Assembly (NCBI RefSeq): GCF_001457615.1
Contig: NZ_LN831024.1
Location: 1,980,001 to 2,012,000 of the forward strand
Direction: 5' to 3'
From: Pseudomonas aeruginosa
Lineage (GTDB): Bacteria; Pseudomonadota; Gammaproteobacteria; Pseudomonadales; Pseudomonadaceae
Length of the DNA: 32,000 nucleotides
Shown: positions 21,480 to 30,570 of the stretch, piece after piece
Position numbering within the stretch: position 1 is the stretch's first letter
How the letters are laid out: every line of letters starts with the position of its first letter
Notes under the pieces: model-generated
The model's database searches: none
What the model was told of the DNA's origin: nothing
What the model saw: the letters and a program-made list of their open reading frames with translations, nothing else
Translations under genes and position numbers: made by a program

Positions 21480-22187
21480 TCAGTCGCTTTCCGTAGGCGT
21501 GGTCGTGGGCTCGCTCGAGTCTTCTTCGGCGGGTTCTGCGATGGGCGTGGCTTCCATCTGCTGGCGCAAGGCGTCCAGGCGCTCGCGCAATGCTGCAGCG
21601 TTCTCATCCTGCAGGCTTTGCAGTTGTTCGATCGAGTCGTTCTCGCTTGTAATGTCGTCCGCGCTGGCCAGCAGTCCCCCGGAACGGTGCGGGAAGGGCA
21701 GGCTTTCCAGGCGCCCGCCGCGCTGCAGTTCGACGCGGTCGCGGTAGACCGCGTGCAGCTTCACGCCGTCGCTGATCTCGCCGCCGACCGCGTAGCGGTG
21801 CGGCTTGTCGCCCTGGCGCTGGATGATCGCGCTGGACAGCTTGGGATCGCTCTGGACGAAGCTGCCCTTGAGCACCAGGTCGAGGTTGGTGGCCGGTGGC
21901 GGGGCGTTGGGGTCCTGGGCGCTGGTGCCGAAGAGGCGCGCCAGGCGGGTCGGATCGCTGCGGATCGACTCGTGGCTGACCGGCGAGGCGGCGACGGCTA
22001 CCGGGCTGCGTTGCAGGCGCAACCAGCCGGCCGCCTGCCAGGCGAGGCTGATGCTCATGGCGATGATCAGGGCAACAGCCAGAAGGGCCGGGGCGTACCG
22101 CTGCAGCCAGCGGGAAGAGGCGCCGGAGAAAGGCAATACATCACTCCTGGTCTTTATCGTTATGTCTGAAGATCGCCGAGGGATCAT
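21480..22187 (-). CDS. xcpP: Type II secretion inner-membrane protein GspC
   Basis: 235-aa ORF MIPRRSSDITIKTRSDVLPFSGASSRWLQRYAPALLAVALIIAMSISLAWQAAGW...: single TM, HR domain (LVLKGSFVQSDPKLSSAIIQ). Upstream of xcpQ. The true start may be the TTG at 22136 (see findings). Confidence 0.95.
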   Translation of the reverse strand: MIPRRSSDITIKTRSDVLPFSGASSRWLQRYAPALLAVALIIAMSISLAWQAAGWLRLQRSPVAVAASPVSHESIRSDPTRLARLFGTSAQDPNAPPPATNLDLVLKGSFVQSDPKLSSAIIQRQGDKPHRYAVGGEISDGVKLHAVYRDRVELQRGGRLESLPFPHRSGGLLASADDITSENDSIEQLQSLQDENAAALRERLDALRQQMEATPIAEPAEEDSSEPTTTPTESD

Positions 22188-22209
22188 AGCAGTTCGTTGC
22201 CAGTAGGCT

Positions 22210-22229
22210 ACCTACTTCTATCAATAGGT
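22210..22229. promoter_or_regulatory. Candidate lux/las-type quorum-sensing box (ACCT-N12-AGGT)
   Basis: ACCTACTTCTATCAATAGGT: ACCTA-N10-TAGGT dyad, fits NNCT-N12-AGNN. Confidence 0.55.
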
Positions 22230-22406
22230 GTGACTGGCCGGGCCAGGCACGCTTGTGCTTAAGATAACGGCTCGCCAGGATACTTCTGCAAGAGGAACTC
22301 GGGATCGGCCGCACAAAACGACTAACAACTAACAATACTGACGGTAACCGTTCAGTGGTCATATACGACCAAGATACTTCTGTAAGGTTACCGCTATAAG
22401 GCATCC

Positions 22407-23915
22407 ATGATGACAGCCCCATTACCCGACATCGCCGCGCCGGCCGCACCGCCACGGCGTCTGCCGTTCAGCTTCGCCAAGCGCCAGGGCCTGCTGTTCC
22501 TGTGCCTGGAGGAGCAGTACTGGCTGGCCTGCCGGCCGCAGGTGGAGCTGGCGGCGATCGCCGAGGCGCAGCGCTTCGCCGGCCGCCGCCTGCCGCTCAA
22601 GGCGCTCGGCGAGGACGCCTTCAACCAGGCCCTGGCGGCCTCCTACCAGCACGACTCCTCGGCGGCCATGCAGCTCGCCGAGGACCTCGGCGGCAGCCTG
22701 GACCTCGCCGCGCTGGCCGACCAGGTCCCGGAAACCGAGGACCTGATGGAGCAGGAGGACGACGCGCCGATCATTCGCCTGATCAACGCGATCCTCGGCG
22801 AGGCGATCCGCGAGAACGCCTCGGACATCCACCTGGAAACCTTCGAGAAACGCCTGGTGGTGCGCTTCCGCGTCGACGGCGTGCTGCGCGAGGTGCTGGA
22901 GCCCAAGCGCGAGCTGGCGGCCCTGCTGGTATCGCGGATCAAGGTCATGGCGCGGCTGGACATCGCCGAGAAGCGTATTCCCCAGGATGGGCGGATTTCC
23001 CTGCGGGTCGGCGGGCGCGAGGTGGACATCCGCGTCTCGACCCTGCCCTCGGCCAACGGCGAACGGGTGGTGCTGCGTCTGCTCGACAAGCAGGCCGGGC
23101 GCCTGAACCTGCAGCACCTGGGCATGAGCGAGCGCGACCGCAAGCTGATGGACGAAACGGTGCGCAAGCCGCACGGCATCCTGCTGGTCACCGGCCCCAC
23201 CGGCTCGGGCAAGACCACCACCCTGTACGCCAGCCTGACCACGCTCAACGACCGCACGCGGAACATCCTCACCGTCGAGGATCCGATCGAATATCACCTG
23301 GAGGGCATCGGCCAGACCCAGGTCAACGCCAAGGTCGACATGACCTTCGCCCGCGGCCTGCGGGCGATCCTCCGGCAGGACCCGGACGTGGTGATGGTCG
23401 GCGAGATCCGCGACCGGGAGACCGCCGAGATCGCGGTGCAGGCTTCGCTGACCGGCCACCTGGTGCTCTCGACCCTGCACACCAACAGCGCCATCGGCGC
23501 GATCACCCGCCTGGTGGACATGGGCATCGAGCCGTTCCTGCTGTCCTCCTCCATGCTTGGCGTGCTGGCCCAGCGCCTGGTGCGGGTGCTCTGCCCGGCG
23601 TGCAAGGAGCCCTACCGCGCCGACGAGGCCGAGTGCGCGCTGCTCGGCGTCGATCCCGCCGCGCCGCCGACCCTGCATCGCGCCCGCGGCTGCGGCGAGT
23701 GCCACCAGCATGGCTATCGCGGGCGTACCGGTATCTATGAACTGGTGGTGTTCGACGACCACATGCGCTCGCTGATCCACAACGAATCCTCCGAGCAGGA
23801 AATGACCCGGCATGCCCGCACCAGCGGACCGAGCATCCGCGACGACGGTCGGCGCAAGGTGCTGGAAGGCGTCACTACGGTCGAGGAAGTCCTGCGCGTG
23901 ACCCGGGAAGAATAA
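22407..23915 (+). CDS. xcpR: Type II secretion ATPase GspE
   Basis: 502-aa ORF with Walker [16 protein letters not shown], tetracysteine [18 protein letters not shown]...CGECH, and T2SS ATPase motifs. Confidence 0.98.
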   Translation: MMTAPLPDIAAPAAPPRRLPFSFAKRQGLLFLCLEEQYWLACRPQVELAAIAEAQRFAGRRLPLKALGEDAFNQALAASYQHDSSAAMQLAEDLGGSLDLAALADQVPETEDLMEQEDDAPIIRLINAILGEAIRENASDIHLETFEKRLVVRFRVDGVLREVLEPKRELAALLVSRIKVMARLDIAEKRIPQDGRISLRVGGREVDIRVSTLPSANGERVVLRLLDKQAGRLNLQHLGMSERDRKLMDETVRKPHGILLVTGPTGSGKTTTLYASLTTLNDRTRNILTVEDPIEYHLEGIGQTQVNAKVDMTFARGLRAILRQDPDVVMVGEIRDRETAEIAVQASLTGHLVLSTLHTNSAIGAITRLVDMGIEPFLLSSSMLGVLAQRLVRVLCPACKEPYRADEAECALLGVDPAAPPTLHRARGCGECHQHGYRGRTGIYELVVFDDHMRSLIHNESSEQEMTRHARTSGPSIRDDGRRKVLEGVTTVEEVLRVTREE

Positions 23916-25132
23916 TGGCCGCCTTCGAATACCTCGCCCTCGACCCCAGCGGTCGCCAGCAGAAGGGCGTGCTGGAGGCGGACAGCGCGCGCCAGGTCCG
24001 CCAGTTGCTGCGCGAGCGCCAATTGGCGCCGCTCGACGTGAAGCCCACCCGTACCCGCGAGCAGAGCGGGCAGGGCGGGCGCCTGACGTTCGCCCGCGGA
24101 CTGTCCGCGCGCGACCTGGCATTGGTGACCCGGCAACTGGCGACCCTGGTCCAGGCCGCGTTGCCGATCGAGGAGGCGCTGCGCGCCGCCGCGGCGCAGT
24201 CCACCTCGCAGCGCATCCAGTCGATGCTTCTCGCGGTGCGCGCCAAGGTCCTCGAAGGCCATAGCCTGGCCGGCAGCCTGCGCGAGTTTCCCACCGCCTT
24301 TCCCGAGCTTTACCGGGCGACTGTGGCTGCCGGCGAGCATGCCGGGCACCTCGGCCCGGTGCTGGAGCAACTTGCCGACTACACCGAGCAGCGCCAGCAG
24401 TCGCGGCAGAAGATCCAGCTGGCGCTGCTCTATCCGGTGATCCTGATGGTCGCTTCGCTGGCCATCGTCGGCTTCCTGCTGGGCTACGTGGTGCCCGACG
24501 TGGTCCGGGTGTTCATCGACAGCGGGCAGACCCTGCCGCTGTTGACCCGCGTGCTGATCGGCGTCAGCGACTGGGTCAAGGCCTGGGGCGCGCTGGCCTT
24601 CGTCGCGGCGATCGGCGGGGTGATCGGCTTCCGCTACGCGCTGCGCAAGGATGCCTTTCGCGAGCGCTGGCATGGCTTCCTGCTGCGCGTGCCGCTGGTC
24701 GGTCGGCTGGTGCGTTCCACCGACACCGCGCGCTTCGCCTCGACCCTGGCGATCCTCACCCGCAGCGGCGTGCCGCTGGTGGAGGCGCTGGCGATCGCCG
24801 CCGAGGTGATCGCCAACCGGATCATCCGCAACGAAGTGGTCAAGGCCGCGCAGAAGGTCCGCGAGGGCGCCAGCCTGACCCGCTCGCTGGAAGCCACCGG
24901 ACAGTTCCCGCCGATGATGCTGCACATGATCGCCAGCGGCGAGCGCTCCGGCGAGCTGGACCAGATGCTGGCGCGCACCGCGCGCAACCAGGAGAACGAC
25001 CTGGCGGCGCAGATCGGCCTGATGGTCGGCCTGTTCGAACCGTTCATGCTGATATTCATGGGCGCGGTGGTGCTGGTCATCGTCCTGGCCATTCTTCTTC
25101 CGATCCTTTCTCTCAACCAACTCGTGGGGTAA
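23915..25132 (+). CDS. xcpS: Type II secretion inner-membrane platform protein GspF
   Basis: 405-aa [43 protein letters not shown]..., GspF family. Overlaps the xcpR stop (TAATG). Confidence 0.98.
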   Translation: MAAFEYLALDPSGRQQKGVLEADSARQVRQLLRERQLAPLDVKPTRTREQSGQGGRLTFARGLSARDLALVTRQLATLVQAALPIEEALRAAAAQSTSQRIQSMLLAVRAKVLEGHSLAGSLREFPTAFPELYRATVAAGEHAGHLGPVLEQLADYTEQRQQSRQKIQLALLYPVILMVASLAIVGFLLGYVVPDVVRVFIDSGQTLPLLTRVLIGVSDWVKAWGALAFVAAIGGVIGFRYALRKDAFRERWHGFLLRVPLVGRLVRSTDTARFASTLAILTRSGVPLVEALAIAAEVIANRIIRNEVVKAAQKVREGASLTRSLEATGQFPPMMLHMIASGERSGELDQMLARTARNQENDLAAQIGLMVGLFEPFMLIFMGAVVLVIVLAILLPILSLNQLVG

Positions 25133-25136
25133 TCGC

Positions 25137-25583
25137 GTGAATCAGAGCCGCCCATTGCAGCGTCGCCAACAGTCGGGCTTCACCCTGATCGAAATCATGG
25201 TCGTGGTGGTCATCCTCGGCATCCTCGCCGCCCTGGTGGTGCCGCAGGTGATGAGCCGTCCCGACCAGGCCAAGGTCACCGTGGCCAAGGGCGACATCAA
25301 GGCCATCGCTGCCGCGCTGGACATGTACAAGCTGGACAACTTCGCCTATCCGAGCACCCAGCAGGGCCTCGAGGCGCTGGTGAAGAAGCCCACCGGCAAT
25401 CCGCAGCCGAAGAACTGGAACAAGGACGGCTACCTGAAGAAGCTGCCGGTCGATCCGTGGGGCAATCCCTACCAGTACCTGGCGCCGGGCACCAAGGGCC
25501 CGTTCGACCTGTATTCGCTGGGCGCCGACGGCAAGGAAGGCGGCAGCGACAACGACGCCGACATCGGCAACTGGGACAACTGA
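25137..25583 (+). CDS. xcpT: Major pseudopilin GspG (GTG start)
   Basis: 148-aa ORF with prepilin motif [29 protein letters not shown]. Confidence 0.98.
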   Translation: MNQSRPLQRRQQSGFTLIEIMVVVVILGILAALVVPQVMSRPDQAKVTVAKGDIKAIAAALDMYKLDNFAYPSTQQGLEALVKKPTGNPQPKNWNKDGYLKKLPVDPWGNPYQYLAPGTKGPFDLYSLGADGKEGGSDNDADIGNWDN

Positions 25584-25589
25584 CCGGAC

Positions 25590-26108
25590 ATGCGGGCTTC
25601 GCGCGGCTTCACCCTCATCGAGCTGATGGTGGTGATGGTCATCATCAGCGTGCTGATCGGCCTGGCGGTGCTCAGCACCGGCTTCGCCAGCACCTCGCGG
25701 GAGCTGGACAGCGAGGCCGAGCGGCTCGCCGGGCTGATCGGCGTGCTGACCGACGAGGCCGTGCTGGACAACCGCGAGTACGGCCTGCGCCTGGAGCGCG
25801 ATGCCTATCAGGTACTGCGCTACGACGAAGCGAAGGCGCGCTGGTTGCCGGTGGCGCGCGACAGCCACCGCCTGCCGGAGTGGGCGGAGCTGACCTTCGA
25901 GCTGGACGGCCAGCCGCTGGTGCTGGCCGGCAGCAAGGGCGAGAAGGAGCAGAAGAAAGGCACCGACCAGCCGCAATTGCTGATCCTCTCCAGTGGCGAA
26001 CTCAGTCCGTTCCGCCTGCGCCTGGCCGAGCGCGGACCCGAGGGGCGGGCGTTGTCGCTGAGCAGCGACGGTTTCCGCCTGCCACGGGTCGAGGTGGCGC
26101 GGCGATGA
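25590..26108 (+). CDS. xcpU: Minor pseudopilin GspH
   Basis: 172-aa ORF MRASRG/FTLIELMVVMVIISVLIGLAVL. Confidence 0.97.
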   Translation: MRASRGFTLIELMVVMVIISVLIGLAVLSTGFASTSRELDSEAERLAGLIGVLTDEAVLDNREYGLRLERDAYQVLRYDEAKARWLPVARDSHRLPEWAELTFELDGQPLVLAGSKGEKEQKKGTDQPQLLILSSGELSPFRLRLAERGPEGRALSLSSDGFRLPRVEVARR

Positions 26109-26494
26109 GGCGCGCGCGCGGTTTCACCCTGCTGGAAGTGCTGGTGGCCCTGGCGATTTTCGCCATGGTCGCGGCCAGCGTGCTCAGTGCCAGCGCGCGC
26201 AGCCTGCAGAACGCCTCGCGGCTGGAAGACAAGACCCTGGCGATGTGGATCGCCGACAACCGTCTCAACGAATTGCAACTGGAACAGACGCCGCCCTCCA
26301 GCGGCCGCAACCAGGGCGAGCTGGAGTTCGCCGGGCGCCGCTGGGAGTGGCGCACCCAGGTCGACAGCACCGCCGAGCAGGATATGCGGCGGGTGATCGT
26401 CTGGGTCGCGGCGAAGCCCGTTGGCCGCGAGCGTGGCAGCATCGAGGAACGCGCCGCGGCGCGCCTCGTCGGTTTCCTCGGGAGCCAGCCATGA
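26105..26494 (+). CDS. xcpV: Minor pseudopilin GspI
   Basis: 129-aa protein MRRARG/FTLLEVLVALAIFAMVAASVLSASARSLQNASRLEDKTLAMWIADNRLNELQL. ATGA overlap with xcpU. Confidence 0.97.
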   Translation: MRRARGFTLLEVLVALAIFAMVAASVLSASARSLQNASRLEDKTLAMWIADNRLNELQLEQTPPSSGRNQGELEFAGRRWEWRTQVDSTAEQDMRRVIVWVAAKPVGRERGSIEERAAARLVGFLGSQP

Positions 26495-27204
26495 GGCTAC
26501 AGCGGGGCTTCACCCTGCTCGAGCTGCTGATCGCCATCGCCATCTTCGCCCTGCTGGCCCTGGCCACCTACCGCATGTTCGACAGCGTGATGCAGACCGA
26601 CCAGGCGACTCGCGTGCAGGAGCAGCGCATGCGCGAGCTGGTGCGGGCGATGGGCGCGCTGGAGCGCGACCTGACCCAGGCGGTCGAACGTCCGGTACGC
26701 GACGAACTGGGCGATAACCGTGGCGCCTTCCTCAGCGAGGGCGAGAACGACCAGATCGTCGAATTCACCCGTGGCGGCTGGCGCAACCCGCTCGGCCAGG
26801 CGCGCTCGCGCCTGCAGCGGGTGCGCTGGTCGCTGTCCGGGGAGACCCTCGAACGCCGCTACTGGCTGGTTCTGGACCGCGCCCAGGACAGCAAGCCACG
26901 GGTGCAGCAGGTGCTGGACGGGGTTACCGCGCTGAGCTGGCGCTTCCTCGACAAGGAGCACAACTGGCAGGGCCACTGGCCGACCGACGAAGGCAGCGAG
27001 GAGGAGCGCCTGGAAAGCCTGCCGCTGGCGGTGGAGATGACCCTGGAGCACCGCCACTACGGCAAGCTGGTGCGCGTCTGGCGTCTGCTCGATCCGCCGC
27101 TCAAGCAGGACCAGCCGCAGGGCCAGCCGGGCGGCGAGAATGGCGAGAACGGCGAGGGCGGAGTGCCGCAGCCGCCGGAAGGCATGCCGGGGGCGCCGGA
27201 ATGA
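26491..27204 (+). CDS. xcpW: Minor pseudopilin GspJ
   Basis: 237-aa protein MRLQRG/FTLLELLIAIAIFALLALATYRMFDSVMQTDQATRVQEQRMRELVRAMGALERDL. ATGA overlap with xcpV. Confidence 0.97.
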   Translation: MRLQRGFTLLELLIAIAIFALLALATYRMFDSVMQTDQATRVQEQRMRELVRAMGALERDLTQAVERPVRDELGDNRGAFLSEGENDQIVEFTRGGWRNPLGQARSRLQRVRWSLSGETLERRYWLVLDRAQDSKPRVQQVLDGVTALSWRFLDKEHNWQGHWPTDEGSEEERLESLPLAVEMTLEHRHYGKLVRVWRLLDPPLKQDQPQGQPGGENGENGEGGVPQPPEGMPGAPE

Positions 27205-28202
27205 GGCGCGGGCAGAACGGCGTCGCGCTGATCACCGTGCTGCTGGTGGTGGCGGTGGTGACCATCGTCTGCGCCGGGCTGATCATCCGCCAGCAGTTGG
27301 CGATACGCAGCAGCGCCAACCAGTTGCACGTGCGCCAGGCCTGGCACTATGCGCTGGGCGGCGAACGCCTGGCGGAAGCGGTGCTGCGCCGCGACCTGCG
27401 CCAGGGCGGCGAGAATACCCGCGAGCCGGTGGACCACCTGGGCGAGGCCTGGGCGCGACCGATGACGCCGTTCAAGCTGGACGACGGCGGCGAGCTGCGG
27501 GTGCGGATCGAGGACCCCAGCGGACGTTTCAACCTCAACGGGCTGGTGCGCAAGCGCAAGGTCAAGCCGGATTCGGTGAAGCAGTTCCGTCGCCTGCTGG
27601 CCACCCTGGGGATGAAGGAAGAGATCGTCCAGGGCTTGCCGGACCGGCTGGCCGACTGGCTCGACGCCGACCAGAATCCGCAGGGCGAGCAAGGCGCCGA
27701 GGACAACCAGTACCTGCTGGAGGCGCCGGCCTACCGCGCCGCCAACCGCAGTTTCAAGGACGTGTCCGAGCTGCGCCTGCTGAAATTGTCGGAAGCCGAC
27801 TATCGACGCCTGCTGCCGTTCGTCAGCGCCTTGCCCGAAGATGCGCCGCTGAACGTGAACACTGCCAGCGTGCCGGTGCTGGCCGCCATGTTCGAGATCG
27901 ATCCGGGACAGGCGGAAAACATCGTGGCGGCCCGTGGGCGAGAAGGCTTCCAGGAGAAGACTGAGTTCAGCAAGCACCTGAACGAGTTGGGATCAAAGGC
28001 AAGTAACGTCAACTTTGCCGTCGGCACCCGCTACTTCCAGGTGATCAGCGAGGTCAGCCTGGGCGACCGCCGGCAGGTGCTGGTGAGTACCTTGCAGCGG
28101 GGCAAGGACGGCAAGATACGCGTGATGGCCCGCGACATGGGGCAGGGCGGCCTGCCCATCCCGTCGACGGGCGGCGACGATTGGAAGAAGGACGAGCGAT
28201 GA
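27201..28202 (+). CDS. xcpX: Minor pseudopilin GspK
   Basis: 333-aa ORF MRRGQNG/VALITVLLVVAVVTIVCAGLIIRQQLAIRSSANQLHVRQAWHYALGGERLAE..., GspK family. ATGA overlap with xcpW. Confidence 0.97.
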   Translation: MRRGQNGVALITVLLVVAVVTIVCAGLIIRQQLAIRSSANQLHVRQAWHYALGGERLAEAVLRRDLRQGGENTREPVDHLGEAWARPMTPFKLDDGGELRVRIEDPSGRFNLNGLVRKRKVKPDSVKQFRRLLATLGMKEEIVQGLPDRLADWLDADQNPQGEQGAEDNQYLLEAPAYRAANRSFKDVSELRLLKLSEADYRRLLPFVSALPEDAPLNVNTASVPVLAAMFEIDPGQAENIVAARGREGFQEKTEFSKHLNELGSKASNVNFAVGTRYFQVISEVSLGDRRQVLVSTLQRGKDGKIRVMARDMGQGGLPIPSTGGDDWKKDER

Positions 28203-29347
28203 GTGGAGTGAGTGCGCTGTTCCTGCCGCCCGCCAGCACGGCGGGGGCCGATGGGGAACTGGCGGTATGGTGGGTGCAGGATGGCGAGTGCCGGCGCGCG
28301 CCGTTCGCCCAGGCGCTGGCGGAAATCCGTGCGCCCTGGCGGCTGTACCTGCCGGTGGAGGCGGTGACCGCCTGCGCGGTGAACCTGCCTACACAGAAGG
28401 CGCGCTGGTTGCGCCAGTCGCTGCCGTTCGCGGTGGAGGAACAACTGGCCGACGATGTCGAGCAGATGCATCTTGCCCTTGGTCCGGCGCTGGCCGACGG
28501 CCGCCACCGGGTATTCGCCGTGCAGCGCACCTGGCTTGCCGCCTGGCTGGCGCTGGCCGAGGGCGCGGGCAAGGCGCCGGCTTCGCTGCATGTCGATGCC
28601 GATTGCCTGCCGGGCGAGGGCAGTTGCCTGTTCTGGCTGGAAGAGCGCTGGTTGCTCGGCGGCAGCGGCGCCGTACGCCTGGCCTGCGGCAGCGAGGATT
28701 GGCCGGTACTGCGCGACAGTTGCCCGCCGCCGCAGCGGGCCTTCGCCGCGCAGGAGGTGGCGCCCCTGGAGGGGGTGGAAGTCCAGGCCCTGGCGGGCAA
28801 TCCGCACGTCTGGCTGAGCGAGCAGCCGCTGGGCACCGACCTGGCCCAGGCCGAGTTCGCCGCGCGCCAGCAGAGCAGCCAGTGGCGCCGCTGGCGGCCG
28901 CTGCTGGGGTTGGTCGGGCTGTGGCTGGTATTGCAATGGGGCTTCACCCTGCTCCAGGCCTGGCAGTTGCAGCGCGAAGGCGACCGCTACGCGGCGCAGA
29001 GCGCAGAACTCTACCGCCAGTTGTTTCCCGAGGACCGCAAGCTGATCAACCTGCGCGCGCAGTTCGACCAGCACCTGGCCGACAGCGCCAGCAGCGGCGG
29101 CGAGGGCCAGTTGCTCGGCCTGCTTGGCCAGGCCGCCACGGTGATCGGCGGCGAGCCGACGGTGAGCGTCGAGCAACTGGACTTCAGCGCCGCTCGCGGC
29201 GACGTCGCCCTCCAGGTGCGGGCTCCCGGTTTCGACGTGCTGGAACGGCTGCGTTCGCGTCTCAGCGAGTCCGGGCTGGCGGTGCAGCTGGGTTCGGCCA
29301 GCCGCGATGGCTCGACGGTCAGCGCGCGCCTGGTGATAGGAGGTTGA
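28199..29347 (+). CDS. xcpY: Type II secretion protein GspL
   Basis: 382-aa protein MSGVSALFLPPASTAGADGELAVWWVQDGECRRAPFAQALAEIRAPW...: cytoplasmic actin-like domain, TM, periplasmic domain. Confidence 0.96.
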   Translation: MSGVSALFLPPASTAGADGELAVWWVQDGECRRAPFAQALAEIRAPWRLYLPVEAVTACAVNLPTQKARWLRQSLPFAVEEQLADDVEQMHLALGPALADGRHRVFAVQRTWLAAWLALAEGAGKAPASLHVDADCLPGEGSCLFWLEERWLLGGSGAVRLACGSEDWPVLRDSCPPPQRAFAAQEVAPLEGVEVQALAGNPHVWLSEQPLGTDLAQAEFAARQQSSQWRRWRPLLGLVGLWLVLQWGFTLLQAWQLQREGDRYAAQSAELYRQLFPEDRKLINLRAQFDQHLADSASSGGEGQLLGLLGQAATVIGGEPTVSVEQLDFSAARGDVALQVRAPGFDVLERLRSRLSESGLAVQLGSASRDGSTVSARLVIGG

Positions 29348-29348
29348 G

Positions 29349-29873
29349 ATGAAGGTGATGACGCAATTCCACGAGCGCCTCAGGGCCCAGGCGGAAACCT
29401 CGCAGCTGGCGATCCGCTGGCGCGGGCTGCCGGCGCGGGACCGCCTGGCGCTGCTCTGGCTCGGCGCGTTCCTCCTGCTGGTGGTGCTTTACCTGGCGCT
29501 GTGGCGCCCGGCCGAGCGCCATCTGCAGTCGGCGCGGCAGTACTTCACCGAACAGCGCGCGCTGCATGCCTACATCCAGCAGCAGGCGCCCAACGTGCGC
29601 CAGGCCGATGCCGCGGCGCCACAGGCGCAGATCGACCCGGCGGCGCTGCAGGGCATGGTCACGGCTTCGGCGGCCCAGGCCGGACTGAGTGTCGAGCGCC
29701 TCGACAACGAAGGCGAGGGCGCCGTGCAGGTGGCCCTGCAGCCGGCGCCATTCGCCAAGCTGCTGCCCTGGCTGGAGCAGTTGAACGGGCAGGGCGTGCA
29801 GGTGGCGGAGGCCGGCCTGGACCGCCAGGTCGACGGCCGGGTCTCGGCGCGCCTGAGCCTGCGGGTCGAGTGA
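29349..29873 (+). CDS. xcpZ: Type II secretion protein GspM
   Basis: 174-aa ORF MKVMTQFHERLRAQAETSQLAIRWRGLPARDRLALLWLGAFLLLVVLYLALWRPAERHL..., last gene of the xcpR-Z operon. Confidence 0.96.
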   Translation: MKVMTQFHERLRAQAETSQLAIRWRGLPARDRLALLWLGAFLLLVVLYLALWRPAERHLQSARQYFTEQRALHAYIQQQAPNVRQADAAAPQAQIDPAALQGMVTASAAQAGLSVERLDNEGEGAVQVALQPAPFAKLLPWLEQLNGQGVQVAEAGLDRQVDGRVSARLSLRVE

Positions 29874-29962
29874 GCGGCCCGTGGCTGGGCCCGGCCTGGG
29901 CCCCGGCGCCGACCGTGGCGACAGGCGATCGCCGAAATTTCAAAAAAAATTCAATCAGGGCA

Positions 29963-29990
29963 TTGACTTAGGTTTTTCGGTCGGTAGAAT
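29963..29990 (+). promoter_or_regulatory. Strong sigma70 promoter for the tRNA cluster (TTGACT-N16-TAGAAT) with GC-rich discriminator
   Basis: TTGACT at 29963-29968, 16-nt spacer, TAGAAT at 29985-29990, then GCGCCCC, about 20 bp upstream of tRNA-Val. Confidence 0.75.
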
Positions 29991-30011
29991 GCGCCCCACT
30001 TCGAGAGTGAA

Positions 30012-30087
30012 GGGTGATTAGCTCAGCTGGGAGAGCATCTGCCTTACAAGCAGAGGGTCGGCGGTTCGATCCCGTCATCACCCACCA
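30012..30087 (+). tRNA. tRNA-Val (anticodon TAC)
   Basis: 76-nt cloverleaf GGGTGAT...ATCACCC-A-CCA. Anticodon loop CTTACAA, T-arm GGTTCGATC. Confidence 0.96.
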
Positions 30088-30103
30088 ATCTCGCAAGTTA
30101 CGC

Positions 30104-30180
30104 GCAGCGGTAGTTCAGTCGGTTAGAATACCGGCCTGTCACGCCGGGGGTCGCGGGTTCGAGTCCCGTCCGCTGCGCCA
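30104..30180 (+). tRNA. tRNA-Asp (anticodon GTC), copy 1
   Basis: 77-nt cloverleaf GCAGCGG...CCGCTGC-G-CCA. Anticodon loop CTGTCAC, T-arm GGTTCGAGTCC. Confidence 0.97.
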
Positions 30181-30294
30181 TTCACTTCCCCTCCCGAGTT
30201 CACCACCCCGAACTCGCCGTCTTCCACCAGAAGGCGGGCAGCCTGGCTGCAACGAGAGGAAGTCGCTTTACCGGGCATCTTGCCCAGCCGACGC

Positions 30295-30371
30295 GCAGCG
30301 GTAGTTCAGTCGGTTAGAATACCGGCCTGTCACGCCGGGGGTCGCGGGTTCGAGTCCCGTCCGCTGCGCCA
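30295..30371 (+). tRNA. tRNA-Asp (anticodon GTC), copy 2
   Basis: Identical to copy 1 over all 77 nt. Confidence 0.97.
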
Positions 30372-30409
30372 TACATCTTCACCACGCCGAGGCGGGGTGA
30401 GCCACGAAG

Positions 30410-30434
30410 AAAGCGGCCAATGGCCGCTTTTTTC
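30410..30434 (+). terminator. Rho-independent terminator after the tRNA cluster
   Basis: AAAGCGGCC-AAT-GGCCGCTTTTTTC: perfect GC stem followed by a 6-T run. Confidence 0.88.
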
Positions 30435-30570
30435 GTTTCCGTCGTCCCCTGCGTCTTCCGCTTTCTCCTTGTTTGCCGGATTTCCTGCTCCGTCGGTCCG
30501 CGCGCGGTAATCCCGCTGTCATCTTCCTCGTCTACAGCTGAAAGACACAGACGAACGAAGGTGATCCGCG

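Noticed and set aside
22422-24122. 566-aa antisense ORF opposite xcpR
   Set aside because: xcpR is unambiguous; the antisense product has no recognisable fold features.
30104-30371. Duplicated tRNA-Asp as evidence of an integrated genomic island (att sites)
   Set aside because: Only about 110 bp separate the copies, there is no integrase or cargo, and the region fits an ordinary tandem tRNA operon.
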